Positions 19,047 to 28,799 of a stretch of DNA of 38,845 nucleotides are shown here, in pieces (within the stretch, counting starts at the first letter, position 1; every line of letters starts with the position of its first letter). Position numbers and translations under genes: made by a program. The stretch is from Candidatus Hydrothermales bacterium (GTDB lineage: Bacteria > Hydrothermota > Hydrothermia > Hydrothermales > JAJRUZ01). The stretch is taken from assembly GCA_039630575.1 (NCBI GenBank), contig JBCNUW010000018.1, positions 1 through 38,845 of the forward strand, in the 5' to 3' direction. A model generated the notes under the pieces. It did no database searches and was not told the DNA's origin. It saw nothing but the letters and a program-made list of their open reading frames with translations.

Positions 19047-19537
19047 TAGAAAAAAAGGAAAACTTATGCGAAAAATGCAAAGAAAATAAGGCGGAAGTTA
19101 AAGTTATAATTTTTGAGGGAGGTAAAAAGATTAAACTGGAATTATGCAAAAACTGTGCAGAGAAAGAGTCAATGGGAATCTCTCCAGTTTCAAGTTTACC
19201 TGTTCTTAAAAAAGAGCCCTCTCATTTAAAACAAGAAGAGGATTCTGTTTGTTTAAACTGTGGTTTAAAACTGTCTGAGTTTTTAAAGTTAGTAAAATTA
19301 AAATGTGAAAAATGTTATGAGAGTTTTGAACCGCATATAAGTAAGATAATTTTTGACTATCATAAGGCAAGTGAGTATAAGGGGAAAGTCTATAAAGGTG
19401 TTTATGAACCAAATAGAGAATTTAAATTAAGAGTTTTAAGAAGAGCACTTGATGAAGCAATTAAAAGGGAGGAGTTCGAGAGGGCTGCAAGACTTAGAGA
19501 TCTTTTAAAGGAGGTGGAGGAGTCAGATGGTTCCTGA
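19043..19537 (+). CDS. mcsA: McsA-like protein arginine kinase activator (4x CXXC plus UVR domain)
   Basis: CEKC, CKNC, CLNC and CEKC motifs, C-terminal EEFERAARLRD UVR motif; adjacent to mcsB. Confidence 0.9.
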   Translation: MIEKKENLCEKCKENKAEVKVIIFEGGKKIKLELCKNCAEKESMGISPVSSLPVLKKEPSHLKQEEDSVCLNCGLKLSEFLKLVKLKCEKCYESFEPHISKIIFDYHKASEYKGKVYKGVYEPNREFKLRVLRRALDEAIKREEFERAARLRDLLKEVEESDGS

Positions 19538-20588
19538 TAGATTTAAATGGATGAGTGAAAAACTTCCGTTTTGGCTTAGATTTGTTAGTCCTTTGTACGG
19601 TGATATCGTACTTTCAATAAGGATGAGATTTGCAAGGAACTTGAAAGGGCACAATTTTCCTCTTTTTATAGATGAAGAGAAAAAAGTAAAGATTTTTAAT
19701 TTAATAAAAGATGCACTCTTTTCAATAGATAAACTTAAAAATTTGAAAATTTACGAAATTGGAGAACTTGAGAGAATTGAAAAGGATTTTCTTGTTGAAA
19801 GACATTTAATTTCAAGAGATCTTTTAAGAGAAGGAAAAGGAAGTGGTTTGGCTATTGATATGGATGAGAGGATAAGTATAATGGTAAATGAAGAGGATCA
19901 TTTAAGAATTCAGGTATTTTACCCTGGTTTTATGTTTGAGGAGGCTTTTATGAGAATTATGGAAATAGATGATCTTGTTGGTTCTACCTTAGAGTATGCC
20001 TATAACGGGAGATACGGTTTTCTCACTTCCTGTTTGTCAAATGTGGGGACAGGTTTTAGAGTTTCATGTCTTTTACATCTTCCTGTTTCTTTTATTTCTG
20101 GGAGAATTCAAGATATCTTTAAATTTGCTGCTTCAAGCGATGTAACAGTAAGAGGTTATTACGGAGAAGGTTCAGAGGTTATGGGAAACATTTTTCAGTT
20201 TTCTTCTTTAAGAACTTTTGGTAAGAGTGAGGAAGATATACTTTCAAACTTTAAAAATGTTGTTTATAGGATAATTGATATTGAGAAAGAAGAAAGGGAG
20301 AAATTTTTTAAAAATTCAAGAGATTTCATAGAGGACAGGGTAATGAGAACGATAGGTATCATAAAGAGTGCCAAATTTTTAAGTTCAAGGGAAGTTATGG
20401 AATATGCTTCACATCTGAGACTCGCGGCAGGTATGAATATTCTTAACATTAATATTGAAAAAATCAATGAAATTATGCTTTTAAATCAGCCTGCTCATAT
20501 TCAAATTCTCTTCGGAAAAATAATGGAGGAAAAGGAAAGAGACAAATTTAGGGGTATACTTATAAGAACAAGACTTAATCTTTCATGA
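19527..20588 (+). CDS. mcsB: Protein arginine kinase
   Basis: SIRMRFARNL, LVERHLIS, SIMVNEEDHLRIQ, LTSC.SNVGTG and VRGYYGEGS. Confidence 0.93.
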   Translation: MVPDRFKWMSEKLPFWLRFVSPLYGDIVLSIRMRFARNLKGHNFPLFIDEEKKVKIFNLIKDALFSIDKLKNLKIYEIGELERIEKDFLVERHLISRDLLREGKGSGLAIDMDERISIMVNEEDHLRIQVFYPGFMFEEAFMRIMEIDDLVGSTLEYAYNGRYGFLTSCLSNVGTGFRVSCLLHLPVSFISGRIQDIFKFAASSDVTVRGYYGEGSEVMGNIFQFSSLRTFGKSEEDILSNFKNVVYRIIDIEKEEREKFFKNSRDFIEDRVMRTIGIIKSAKFLSSREVMEYASHLRLAAGMNILNINIEKINEIMLLNQPAHIQILFGKIMEEKERDKFRGILIRTRLNLS

Positions 20589-20917
20589 AAGAAAAGTTTT
20601 ACTATACAATAAAGGAAGTTTCAGAAATAACAGAAATAAAACCTCATGTAATAAGATACTGGGAAACTAAAATACCAGCCTTGAGACCTAAAAAAATTAG
20701 AGGTAGAAGATTTTACACAGTTGACGAGATAAATTTATTAAAACTAATTAAAAAATTACATTACGATGAGGGTTTAACCTTAGAGGGCGCAAAGAAAAAA
20801 ATTCTTAATTTTAAGAACAAAAATCAGATTGACTTGCCTCTTGAAAGAGATGATAGAAAATTACTAAGAGAAATCAAAAGGGAATTACTCAAAATAATTG
20901 ATTTCTTAAAGTCTTAA
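20585..20917 (+). CDS. MerR-family HTH transcriptional regulator
   Basis: YYTIKEVS...PHVIRYWE...RRFYT...LHYDEGLTLEGAKK. Confidence 0.9.
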   Translation: MKEKFYYTIKEVSEITEIKPHVIRYWETKIPALRPKKIRGRRFYTVDEINLLKLIKKLHYDEGLTLEGAKKKILNFKNKNQIDLPLERDDRKLLREIKRELLKIIDFLKS

Positions 20918-20928
20918 GAGGGGGGCTT

Positions 20929-21804
20929 ATGGAGAACCTAAGAGATGAAATTAGAGAGCTTATAGAAGAAATTGAAAATGATGGTGTTAAAATTCTTTCT
21001 GTTTTCAATGATCCATATGGTGGAAAAATCCAATTTCTTGTTGAAATCCCTTTATCTTTGGTTGAACCTACACCTTTTCAGAGGGATCTATCTGAACCAC
21101 ATGTTAGAAGACTTATGGAAGTTATCGAAACTGTGGGTAGGTATCTTGATCCAATTATTCTTGTTAGACCGAGAAAAAGTGTTTACTGGACTCCTAATGG
21201 TAACCACAGAAGGGAAGCTATGTTAAGGCTTGGAAAAGAAAAAATTGTGGGAATTTTAATACCAGACTATTCAACGACTTATCAGATTTTAGCCCTTAAT
21301 ACTGAAAAGGCTCATAATATAAAAGAAAAATCACTTGAAGTAATCAGAATGTATAAAACTTTAATGATAGAAGAAAGGGAAAGATATGAAAGTGAATTTT
21401 CTTTTCAATTTGAGGAAGCACCCTTTGTTACACTTGGTCTTTTATATGAAAGTAAACCAAAATTTTCAGGTGGAGCTTATCATTCCTTTTTAAAAAAGAT
21501 TGACAATTTCCTTGATTTACCTTTTGAGGAAGCATTCTTGGAGAGAGAAAAGAGAGCAGCTTTCTTATCTGAAGTTGATGAAATAGTTCAAGATAAGGTA
21601 ACGAAAATTAAAGAAAGAGGTATCAATCATCCTTTTGTAAAGCAGTTTGTGGTTAGTAAAGCTAACCCTTTTGGAAAAAGGAGAAAACTTGATTTGAATT
21701 ACTTTGAAGCCCTTGAGATGTTTAAGGAAAGGCTATTAGAGATTGATGTTTCGAAAGTTAAATATGAAGATATAGTTTCTGTAGATGGTATGTACGAAGA
21801 TTAA
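20929..21804 (+). CDS. ParB/Srx-like N-terminal domain protein (not canonical ParB)
   Basis: VEPTPFQRDLS...YLDPIILV...TPNGNHRREA...ALNTEKAH; G-rich SD upstream; no parA nearby. Confidence 0.8.
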   Translation: MENLRDEIRELIEEIENDGVKILSVFNDPYGGKIQFLVEIPLSLVEPTPFQRDLSEPHVRRLMEVIETVGRYLDPIILVRPRKSVYWTPNGNHRREAMLRLGKEKIVGILIPDYSTTYQILALNTEKAHNIKEKSLEVIRMYKTLMIEERERYESEFSFQFEEAPFVTLGLLYESKPKFSGGAYHSFLKKIDNFLDLPFEEAFLEREKRAAFLSEVDEIVQDKVTKIKERGINHPFVKQFVVSKANPFGKRRKLDLNYFEALEMFKERLLEIDVSKVKYEDIVSVDGMYED

Positions 21805-24164
21805 TTTTTCTTTTTTACATTTTTCTTTAGATCAGGAAACAGAAAATTTATTACCTCATTTATGTTTTCAACATAAAAGAATTCCATACCTCTTGTAATA
21901 TAGAGGGGGAGCTCTTTCACATCCTTTTCATTCCACTTTGGTAATATAACTTTTTTAATACCTGCTCTTTTTGCTGCCAGGACTTTTTCTTTTATTCCTC
22001 CTACTGGCATAATTTTTCCTCTAAGAGTTATTTCACCTGTCATTGCAACCTCTGAATCTACTGGTATTCCTGTAAATAGGGAAAGTAATGATACAAATAT
22101 TGCAACACCAGCAGATGGTCCATCTTTTGGTATAGCTCCTTCAGGAACATGAATATGAATGTCACTTTTTTCTATATCCGAATAATTTATATTGCAGCGC
22201 TTTGCATTTGACCTTATAAGTGTTAAGGCAGCTTGACAGGATTCTCTCATCACCTCACCAAGTTTACCTGTTAGAATTAAGGCTCCTCTACCTTGCATTT
22301 TTGCAGATTCTATAAAAAGAATTTCTCCTCCAGTTGGAGTCCAAGCAAGACCTGTGGCTACTCCAACTGTACCCTTCCTCGCCTTTGTTTCTGAATAGAA
22401 TGAAGGAGATCCAAGATACTTTTCTACTTGATTTGGTTTTATAGAAAATTCGGTCTTACCATCCTTTGACTTTAAAATCTCCATTGCTATTTTTCTCATT
22501 ATCTCACTTATTTTTCTCTCAAGTTGCCTAACTCCCGCTTCTCTTGTATATTCATTTATTATTTTTTCTAACGCTTTTCTTGAGAATTTTATTGTTAACC
22601 CTTCAAGACCATTTTCTCTTTTTTGTCTAGGTATAAGATACTTTGTAGCTATAAATAACTTTTCTTTATCTACATAACCCGGTATTTCAATTATTTCCAT
22701 TCTGTCAAGTAAAGGAAGAGGTATGGTAAATGTGGTGTTTGCTGTTGCAATGAAGAAAACTTGAGATAGATCAAAGGGAACTTCGATATAGTGATCACGA
22801 AAAGAAAAATTTTGTTCCGGATCAAGAACTTCTAAAAGCGCAGAAGCTGGATCTCCTCTAAAATCAATACCTATTTTATCAACTTCATCGAGCATAAATA
22901 CAGGATTTTTTGTTCCAACCTGTCTTATTCCTTGAATTATTCTACCGGGTAAAGCTCCTACATAAGTTCTTCTGTGTCCTCTTATCTCAGCTTCATCTCT
23001 TATTCCACCAAGTGCCATTCTTATGAACTTCCTTCCAAGAGCTCTTGCAATACTTTTACCAAGTGAAGTTTTACCAACACCAGGTGGTCCTACAAAACAT
23101 AAAATTGGACCCTTTAACTTTCCCTTTTTTATTATTCTTACTGCAAGAAATTCAAGTATTCTTTCTTTAACTTTCTCAAGGTTATAATGATCTTCATCAA
23201 GAATTTTTTTTGCCCTTTCTATGTCTAAAATATCCTCTGTTTCTTCTTTCCAAGGAAGAGCTAAAAGCCAATCGAGGTAGTTTCTTGAGACAGAGTACTC
23301 AGGGGAGGCAGGATGTAATCTTGATAACTTATCCACTTCCCTCAAAGCAACTGCTTTAGCTTCTTCAGACATTCCTTTTTCTTCTATTTTTTTTCTTAAT
23401 TCTTGTATTTCTTTTTCAGTCTCATCAAGTTCACCCAACTTTTTTTGTATTGCCTTTAACTGTTCTCTTAGAATGTGCTCTCTCCTCTTTTTTTCAAGGG
23501 ACTCGTCAACCTCCTCTTTTATTTTTTTTGAAAGAACCGCTACCTCCTTATCTGCTTGGACTAAGCTGAGAACTTTCTTCATCCTTTCCTCAATATTTAA
23601 AATCTCAAGTATCTTTTGCTTCTCTTCAGCACCAATATTTAAAGATGATGCTACCATATCCGTAAACAATGAATAGTCCTCTATACCTGATAGAAATAGT
23701 AGTGCCTCTTCTGGAACATAAGGAATAGCTTGTGCTATCTCTCCTAATAATGAAAGAATACTTTGTTTGATTGCTTCAAGAATTTTTTTATCCTCAGGAT
23801 ATATATCCTCAAGAATTTTTATCTTTGCATAATAACCTTTTTCTCTTTTTTCTATTTCAGTTATCTCTATTCTTTTAATACCTTGAACAAAAAGTCTCAT
23901 TGTTCCATCTGGAGCCCTAACCATCCTGTGAATATAAACTGCTGTGCCAATATGGTGTATATTGGAAGGATCAAACTGCTCATCTTCTTCTTTCATAAGG
24001 AAAGAACCGAAGATTTTATCAGATTTTAGTGCTTCATCGATCAGAACTTGATAATTCTCCTCCTTTACAACAAATGGAATTGCTATTCCAGGAAAAATTA
24101 TACCACCCTTTACGGGTATAATTGGAAGAATCTCTGGGATATGATAATCGAGTTCTTTTTTCAT
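21801..24164 (-). CDS. lon: ATP-dependent Lon protease (LonA)
   Basis: LON N-domain, GPPGVGKTS, MLDEVDK, PKDGPSAG catalytic Ser and GGIKEK Lys. Confidence 0.97.
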   Translation of the reverse strand: MKKELDYHIPEILPIIPVKGGIIFPGIAIPFVVKEENYQVLIDEALKSDKIFGSFLMKEEDEQFDPSNIHHIGTAVYIHRMVRAPDGTMRLFVQGIKRIEITEIEKREKGYYAKIKILEDIYPEDKKILEAIKQSILSLLGEIAQAIPYVPEEALLFLSGIEDYSLFTDMVASSLNIGAEEKQKILEILNIEERMKKVLSLVQADKEVAVLSKKIKEEVDESLEKKRREHILREQLKAIQKKLGELDETEKEIQELRKKIEEKGMSEEAKAVALREVDKLSRLHPASPEYSVSRNYLDWLLALPWKEETEDILDIERAKKILDEDHYNLEKVKERILEFLAVRIIKKGKLKGPILCFVGPPGVGKTSLGKSIARALGRKFIRMALGGIRDEAEIRGHRRTYVGALPGRIIQGIRQVGTKNPVFMLDEVDKIGIDFRGDPASALLEVLDPEQNFSFRDHYIEVPFDLSQVFFIATANTTFTIPLPLLDRMEIIEIPGYVDKEKLFIATKYLIPRQKRENGLEGLTIKFSRKALEKIINEYTREAGVRQLERKISEIMRKIAMEILKSKDGKTEFSIKPNQVEKYLGSPSFYSETKARKGTVGVATGLAWTPTGGEILFIESAKMQGRGALILTGKLGEVMRESCQAALTLIRSNAKRCNINYSDIEKSDIHIHVPEGAIPKDGPSAGVAIFVSLLSLFTGIPVDSEVAMTGEITLRGKIMPVGGIKEKVLAAKRAGIKKVILPKWNEKDVKELPLYITRGMEFFYVENINEVINFLFPDLKKNVKKKN

Positions 24165-24191
24165 AATTTTATTTTTAATTAAAAGAAATAA

Positions 24192-24572
24192 TTATTTTAA
24201 CTCAATTTCAACTATTTTCTTAACCTTTTTAGGAAGTTTAATTTTTAATATACCATTTTTATAACTAGTTGTTATTTGAGAAATTTCTATATCTTTTGGT
24301 AATTCAACAGTTCTTTTGTAATCAGAGTAAGGCCATTCTAAACAATGATGACATAAAGCTGTTTTTTCCGTCTGTTCTCTTTTTGCTTCTACTTTTAAGA
24401 AATTCTCCTGAAAAACTACTTTAAGAGAATCTCTCTCAATTCCCGGTATTATTAGCTCTATGATCCACTCGTTTTCGGTCTCATAAACATTTGTAGGTGG
24501 AGATAAAAAGCGGGAAGGAATTTCCTCCCTCATTGATACTATATGAAATGTAAAACCTCTTCGTATTCTCAT
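24192..24572 (-). CDS. Hsp20/alpha-crystallin small heat-shock protein
   Basis: PPTNVYET...LIIPG...RTVELP...YKNGILKIKLPK. ATG 24572 is preferred, with TATTAT 6 nt upstream. Confidence 0.9.
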   Translation of the reverse strand: MRIRRGFTFHIVSMREEIPSRFLSPPTNVYETENEWIIELIIPGIERDSLKVVFQENFLKVEAKREQTEKTALCHHCLEWPYSDYKRTVELPKDIEISQITTSYKNGILKIKLPKKVKKIVEIELK

Positions 24573-24593
24573 ATTTAAATAATACAATTATTT

Positions 24594-26429
24594 TTATATT
24601 ATTTCCAGAAATTTTGCCCTTTGAAGAATATCAATGGCAAAGAAGATATTTTCTATTTTAAAAGTGTCAATTTCTAAGTTTATAGAATTTATTATCTCAT
24701 TTAAATCTCTTTTCCCATCAGAGAGATAGGATATAAGATCTATAAGAATTTGTAAATTTTTTTCCTTTTCCTTATATTCTTCATATTTTTTTCTCCATTT
24801 AAAATCAAGATGTTGATTCAGTGATACTGGGACCCCCTTATAAATTTTCTTTAAAACAAACTTTTCTTTAGTTTCAATTTTTTCCTTTTTTTCTAATTCA
24901 ATTTTTTCTTCCCTTAAAAATCTTTGAATTTCCTTTATATCTTCCTCAACATCTACGGAGCTTATAATTTTTCTCAATGAGTTTAACGCATTTAAAACTC
25001 CTAAGTATTCCCTTTTAAATTTCTTAAAAGGACTATTCTTAATCTTTAATTCAATTATTTCCTTTTTGAATATCTCCTTTATTTTTTCTTTTAGAATTAA
25101 TGTTTCGTCTTTTTCAAAAGTTAATAGAAAGTATAAAAAAGTAAAAGCTAATATGAAGGTATTTTTTAAAGAAATTTCTGATACTTTATCAACAGTATCT
25201 GCTGTTGTATGATAAAATTTATCGGGCCAGTAGTTTAACATAACAGAGGGAATGGAAAAACAAGGTGAAATTAAAATATAGTGATCTGAACCACCCGAGT
25301 ATCCGGTAATAGTTTTTCTAAAAATTTCTATCTCTGATGTTCCTCCAAAATTTTTAATCCCCTCTGGTATAAGAGTCATTATGTATCCAGCAAGATATCC
25401 TGAAAAACTCCTTAAAAAGTGTGGTTCTCTTTCTATAATTAATGAACTTTTACATTTTTCTTGATCTTCTCCAGTCATATCAAGATTTAGTGCCGAAATA
25501 ACAGAGAAATTATTATTAATAAAAAACTTACTTAAATAAGCACAGGTTCCTGTCATTTCAGGTAATAAAAGTATTCTTAAACTTCTTTTAAGTTTTAATT
25601 TTCTATTTTTTAGTAATTCTAAAAAATATTTTGCAATTCCAAGACTTACTGAAACTCCTGAAATGTTATCATTTGCAAATGGAGCTGGATGACATAAATG
25701 GGAAATAAGCCAAACTTCTCTATTTTCCTCTTCTCCTTTTAGCAAAATTTCAACTATTTCAATAAAACCCTCAGAAAATTCGCTATCTATATTAACCTCT
25801 GCTTTTATTTTTTTACCTTCTTTTAAAATTTTCTTAAGATATTTTCCTCTTTTAGGAGATATAGAAAAACCAAAAAATCCTTCTTCCCAAAAAGAAACAT
25901 AATGAATGTGATCATCCAATTCTCCCTCATTTCTTACCCCCTCAATTTCTGGCATACCATAATATAAAATTCCCGCATCTTTTCCCACCACTTTATAAAA
26001 GGCTTCTTTGAAGTTACATGTTAAAAGAATTTTTTTTTCTTTCTTTTTACTTTCTTTTTCAATATCTACAATCTCGTAAAGACCATATGTTTTTTTACTC
26101 CTTGGAATAACGGAAAGGGGTATTTCATTATAATTTGCAATAACCTCAGTAAAAGGTTCAACAATCTTTAAATACCCCTTTTTTATTTTCCAAAATGGGA
26201 AAAATTTTTGATAAAAATATTGGGTATTTTTTTTAAATGGTAACTTATAAATTTTAAAATTTATTCCCTCATTTTTTAATATATATTTTAACTCTGATAC
26301 AGCCTTTTTGTAACCCTCTGAGACCTGTATTCTGTGATATGGAGAAAGATTATTTAATACCCCCTTCATAAAACTTATTGGGACTTCTCTTTCCACCTGA
26401 TTGATTACTTCTTTGATATTCAATTTCAT
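24594..26429 (-). CDS. DUF4910/M28-like zinc aminopeptidase-domain protein with C-terminal wHTH
   Basis: SHLCHP..ANDNISG, LPEMTGT, LNLDMTG, GGSDH and YHTTADT. Confidence 0.85.
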   Translation of the reverse strand: MKLNIKEVINQVEREVPISFMKGVLNNLSPYHRIQVSEGYKKAVSELKYILKNEGINFKIYKLPFKKNTQYFYQKFFPFWKIKKGYLKIVEPFTEVIANYNEIPLSVIPRSKKTYGLYEIVDIEKESKKKEKKILLTCNFKEAFYKVVGKDAGILYYGMPEIEGVRNEGELDDHIHYVSFWEEGFFGFSISPKRGKYLKKILKEGKKIKAEVNIDSEFSEGFIEIVEILLKGEEENREVWLISHLCHPAPFANDNISGVSVSLGIAKYFLELLKNRKLKLKRSLRILLLPEMTGTCAYLSKFFINNNFSVISALNLDMTGEDQEKCKSSLIIEREPHFLRSFSGYLAGYIMTLIPEGIKNFGGTSEIEIFRKTITGYSGGSDHYILISPCFSIPSVMLNYWPDKFYHTTADTVDKVSEISLKNTFILAFTFLYFLLTFEKDETLILKEKIKEIFKKEIIELKIKNSPFKKFKREYLGVLNALNSLRKIISSVDVEEDIKEIQRFLREEKIELEKKEKIETKEKFVLKKIYKGVPVSLNQHLDFKWRKKYEEYKEKEKNLQILIDLISYLSDGKRDLNEIINSINLEIDTFKIENIFFAIDILQRAKFLEII

Positions 26430-26460
26430 TTATTTTAAAAGAAAAGGCTTTAAATTTCAA

Positions 26461-26489
26461 TTGCGTTACGAATTTTTTTCTTTTATAAT
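26461..26489 (+). promoter_or_regulatory. Sigma70-type promoter for miaB
   Basis: TTGCGT-17 nt-TATAAT, back-to-back with a minus-strand TTGAAA-17-TAAAAT facing the DUF4910 gene. Confidence 0.6.
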
Positions 26490-26508
26490 TTTAAATTGTT
26501 TTATAAGT

Positions 26509-27807
26509 ATGAAATTTTCAATTTTGACTTTTGGTTGTCAAATGAATGTTCGGGATTCGGAAGTAATGAGATCAATACTTTTAAGAAATGGTTTTGTTGA
26601 AACAGAACCTGAAGATGCTGAGATTATTTTAATTAACTCATGTTCAGTTAGAGAAAAAGCGGAAAAAAAAGCTAAAACCTATGCGAGTAATTTAAAAAGA
26701 AAGGGAAAAAAAGTTATTTTTGCTGGTTGTGTTGCAGAGAGTGAAAAGGAGAAAGTTTTTGAGATTGGTGTTGATGCAATTTTGGGAACAAGAAAGATTC
26801 ATAAGGTATTAGAGATTGTAAATTTAGTAACAGAGAATAAAAAAATAATAGAAGTGGGTTTTGATGATATTCCAGAGCTTGAAATTGTTCCAGAATCAAC
26901 TCATCCAGTAACTTCTTATGTTAATATTTCAATTGGATGTGATAATTTTTGCTCCTTTTGTATAGTTCCCTACACAAGGGGGAGAGAAATTTCAAGAAGT
27001 TTCAGTTCAATTCTAAGGGAATGTGAAGAGCTTTTAAAAGGGAATTCAAAAGAAATCTTTCTACTTGGACAAAATGTTAATTCTTATTTTGATTATGAGT
27101 CAGGTTTTGATTTTGCTGATCTTCTTTATAATCTTGATAAAAAACTTAAAGGAAGCTTTTGGATAAAATATTTGTCACCGAATCCAAGGGATTTTTCTTA
27201 CAAAGTATTTAAAGTAATTAAAGAAAGCGAGCATATATCTCATTGGTTTCATTTCCCTCTTCAATCTGGTTCAAACAAAATTTTAAAAAGAATGAGAAGA
27301 GATTATACAAAAGACGAATTTTTAGATCTATGTTTTTTAGCCAAAAGTGAATTTCCTGATTCAACTATTACAACAGATATAATTGTTGGTTTTCCAGGTG
27401 AAGAGGATGTTGATTTTTATGATACTTTGGATGTCATAGAAAAGGTAAGGTTTGATATGGCCTTCATGTTTAAATATTCAGAAAGACCAAATACTCCTGC
27501 GCAAAGATATAAAGATAAAGTAAAGGACGAAATAAAAGAAGAAAGGTTGCAGATTTTAATTAATAGAGTGAATGAAATAATTAGTGAAAAAAGAAAAGAG
27601 ATGTTAGGAAAGAGATTTATCCTTTTAACTTTAGAAAAAAGCGAAAAATTTGATGGTTTTACAAAAGTTAAGACTAAGGAAAATATAAAGGGCGTTTTAA
27701 GGGGTAAATTTGAACAGGGTGTTTTTTTAATTGGTAGAGTAAAGGAAGTAATTGGTCACACTCCTATTTTTGAATTTGAAAGATTATCTGATCATAAAGG
27801 GAACTAA
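26509..27807 (+). CDS. miaB: tRNA-2-methylthio-N6-dimethylallyladenosine synthase
   Basis: TFGCQMN.RDSE, NSCSVREKAE, CDNFCSFC, LLGQNVNSY and PLQSGS. Real start is ATG 26509, not the track's TTG 26401. Confidence 0.92.
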   Translation: MKFSILTFGCQMNVRDSEVMRSILLRNGFVETEPEDAEIILINSCSVREKAEKKAKTYASNLKRKGKKVIFAGCVAESEKEKVFEIGVDAILGTRKIHKVLEIVNLVTENKKIIEVGFDDIPELEIVPESTHPVTSYVNISIGCDNFCSFCIVPYTRGREISRSFSSILRECEELLKGNSKEIFLLGQNVNSYFDYESGFDFADLLYNLDKKLKGSFWIKYLSPNPRDFSYKVFKVIKESEHISHWFHFPLQSGSNKILKRMRRDYTKDEFLDLCFLAKSEFPDSTITTDIIVGFPGEEDVDFYDTLDVIEKVRFDMAFMFKYSERPNTPAQRYKDKVKDEIKEERLQILINRVNEIISEKRKEMLGKRFILLTLEKSEKFDGFTKVKTKENIKGVLRGKFEQGVFLIGRVKEVIGHTPIFEFERLSDHKGN

Positions 27808-27821
27808 TTAGAAAGAAAAGA

Positions 27822-28799
27822 TTAACCTATAACCTTTGAATTTTTTGTAATAAATATTTCTTTTAAACATAGGTTTTTAATTTCAGAATAATCCCCAATA
27901 ATCCCAACAGTTATCTCTGAATCGTTTATTTTAGACCCTGTATAGATTATTGTGTTTTTAATTTTTGAATTTTTTATTTCACAGTTTTTTTCTATTGATA
28001 CATAAGGTCCTATAAAAGAATTTTCTATAATAACGTTTTTATCAATCCAAACTGGCATGATTATTTGAGTGTTTTTAATTTTTGTCTTTTCTAATATAGT
28101 ATTTCTATTTAAAATTTTTCTTTGAGTTTCAAGAATTTCAGTTAAAGTTCCAGTATCAAGCCATTTAGTCACTTTTAATGGGTAGAATTCCTCTCCCTCT
28201 TCTATAAGTAATTTAAAAGCATCTGTGAGTTGGAATTCTCCCTTTGTTTTTATTCCTTTTTTTTCTATCTCTTCAAGCGCTAAAAAAATTTTTTTGATAT
28301 TTTTTATATAGTAAATCCCACAGATTATCAGGTTTGATTTAGGTTTTATGGGTTTTTCCTCAACTTCAACTATTTTCCCATCTTTTAAAGTTACTACTCC
28401 AAATCTTTCAGGATTGTTAACTTTGTATATTCCTATATAGTTTCTGTTTTTATCAAAAAATTTTAAATTAATCTTTACTATCGAGTCCCCTAAAAGAATT
28501 AAGGCTCTTCCCCTTTTTAACTTTTCTCTTGCACATAAAATAGCGTCTCCTAAACCGAGAGGTTTTTCCTGAATGACAAAAGAAGTTTTGTAAGGTCGTA
28601 TTTTTTTAATTTCTTCGATAAAATCTAATAAATTTGGAGAAATAACATAAATTACTTCTTCTGGCTGAAAAATTTTTAAAACATCTGTTACATAATAAAG
28701 AATAGGTTTACCTTTAATTCTTAAAAGTGGTTTAGGTGTAGAAAAAGATAAAGGATATGTCCTTGTTCCTTTACCAGCGATAGGAATTATAACTTTCAA
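27822..28799 (-). CDS. Sugar-phosphate nucleotidyltransferase (glucose-1-phosphate thymidylyltransferase-like, long form)
   Basis: IPIAGKGTR.YP..PKPL, QEKPLGLGDA, EEKP, WLDTG and a C-terminal left-handed beta-helix. Confidence 0.9.
   Translation of the reverse strand: MKVIIPIAGKGTRTYPLSFSTPKPLLRIKGKPILYYVTDVLKIFQPEEVIYVISPNLLDFIEEIKKIRPYKTSFVIQEKPLGLGDAILCAREKLKRGRALILLGDSIVKINLKFFDKNRNYIGIYKVNNPERFGVVTLKDGKIVEVEEKPIKPKSNLIICGIYYIKNIKKIFLALEEIEKKGIKTKGEFQLTDAFKLLIEEGEEFYPLKVTKWLDTGTLTEILETQRKILNRNTILEKTKIKNTQIIMPVWIDKNVIIENSFIGPYVSIEKNCEIKNSKIKNTIIYTGSKINDSEITVGIIGDYSEIKNLCLKEIFITKNSKVIG

Noticed and set aside
20929..21804. Calling this gene canonical chromosome-partitioning parB
   Set aside because: It lacks the GERRxRA motif and a clear parS-binding HTH, and there is no adjacent parA.
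24573..24620. CIRCE or CtsR boxes upstream of hsp20-lon
   Set aside because: No TTAGCACTC-N9-GAGTGCTAA or GGTCAAA direct repeats are visible.
26401..26508. N-terminal extensions in the ORF track (miaB from 26401; likewise 38523, 24587 and 6195)
   Set aside because: They overlap promoters or neighbouring genes, and family homology begins at the downstream ATG.
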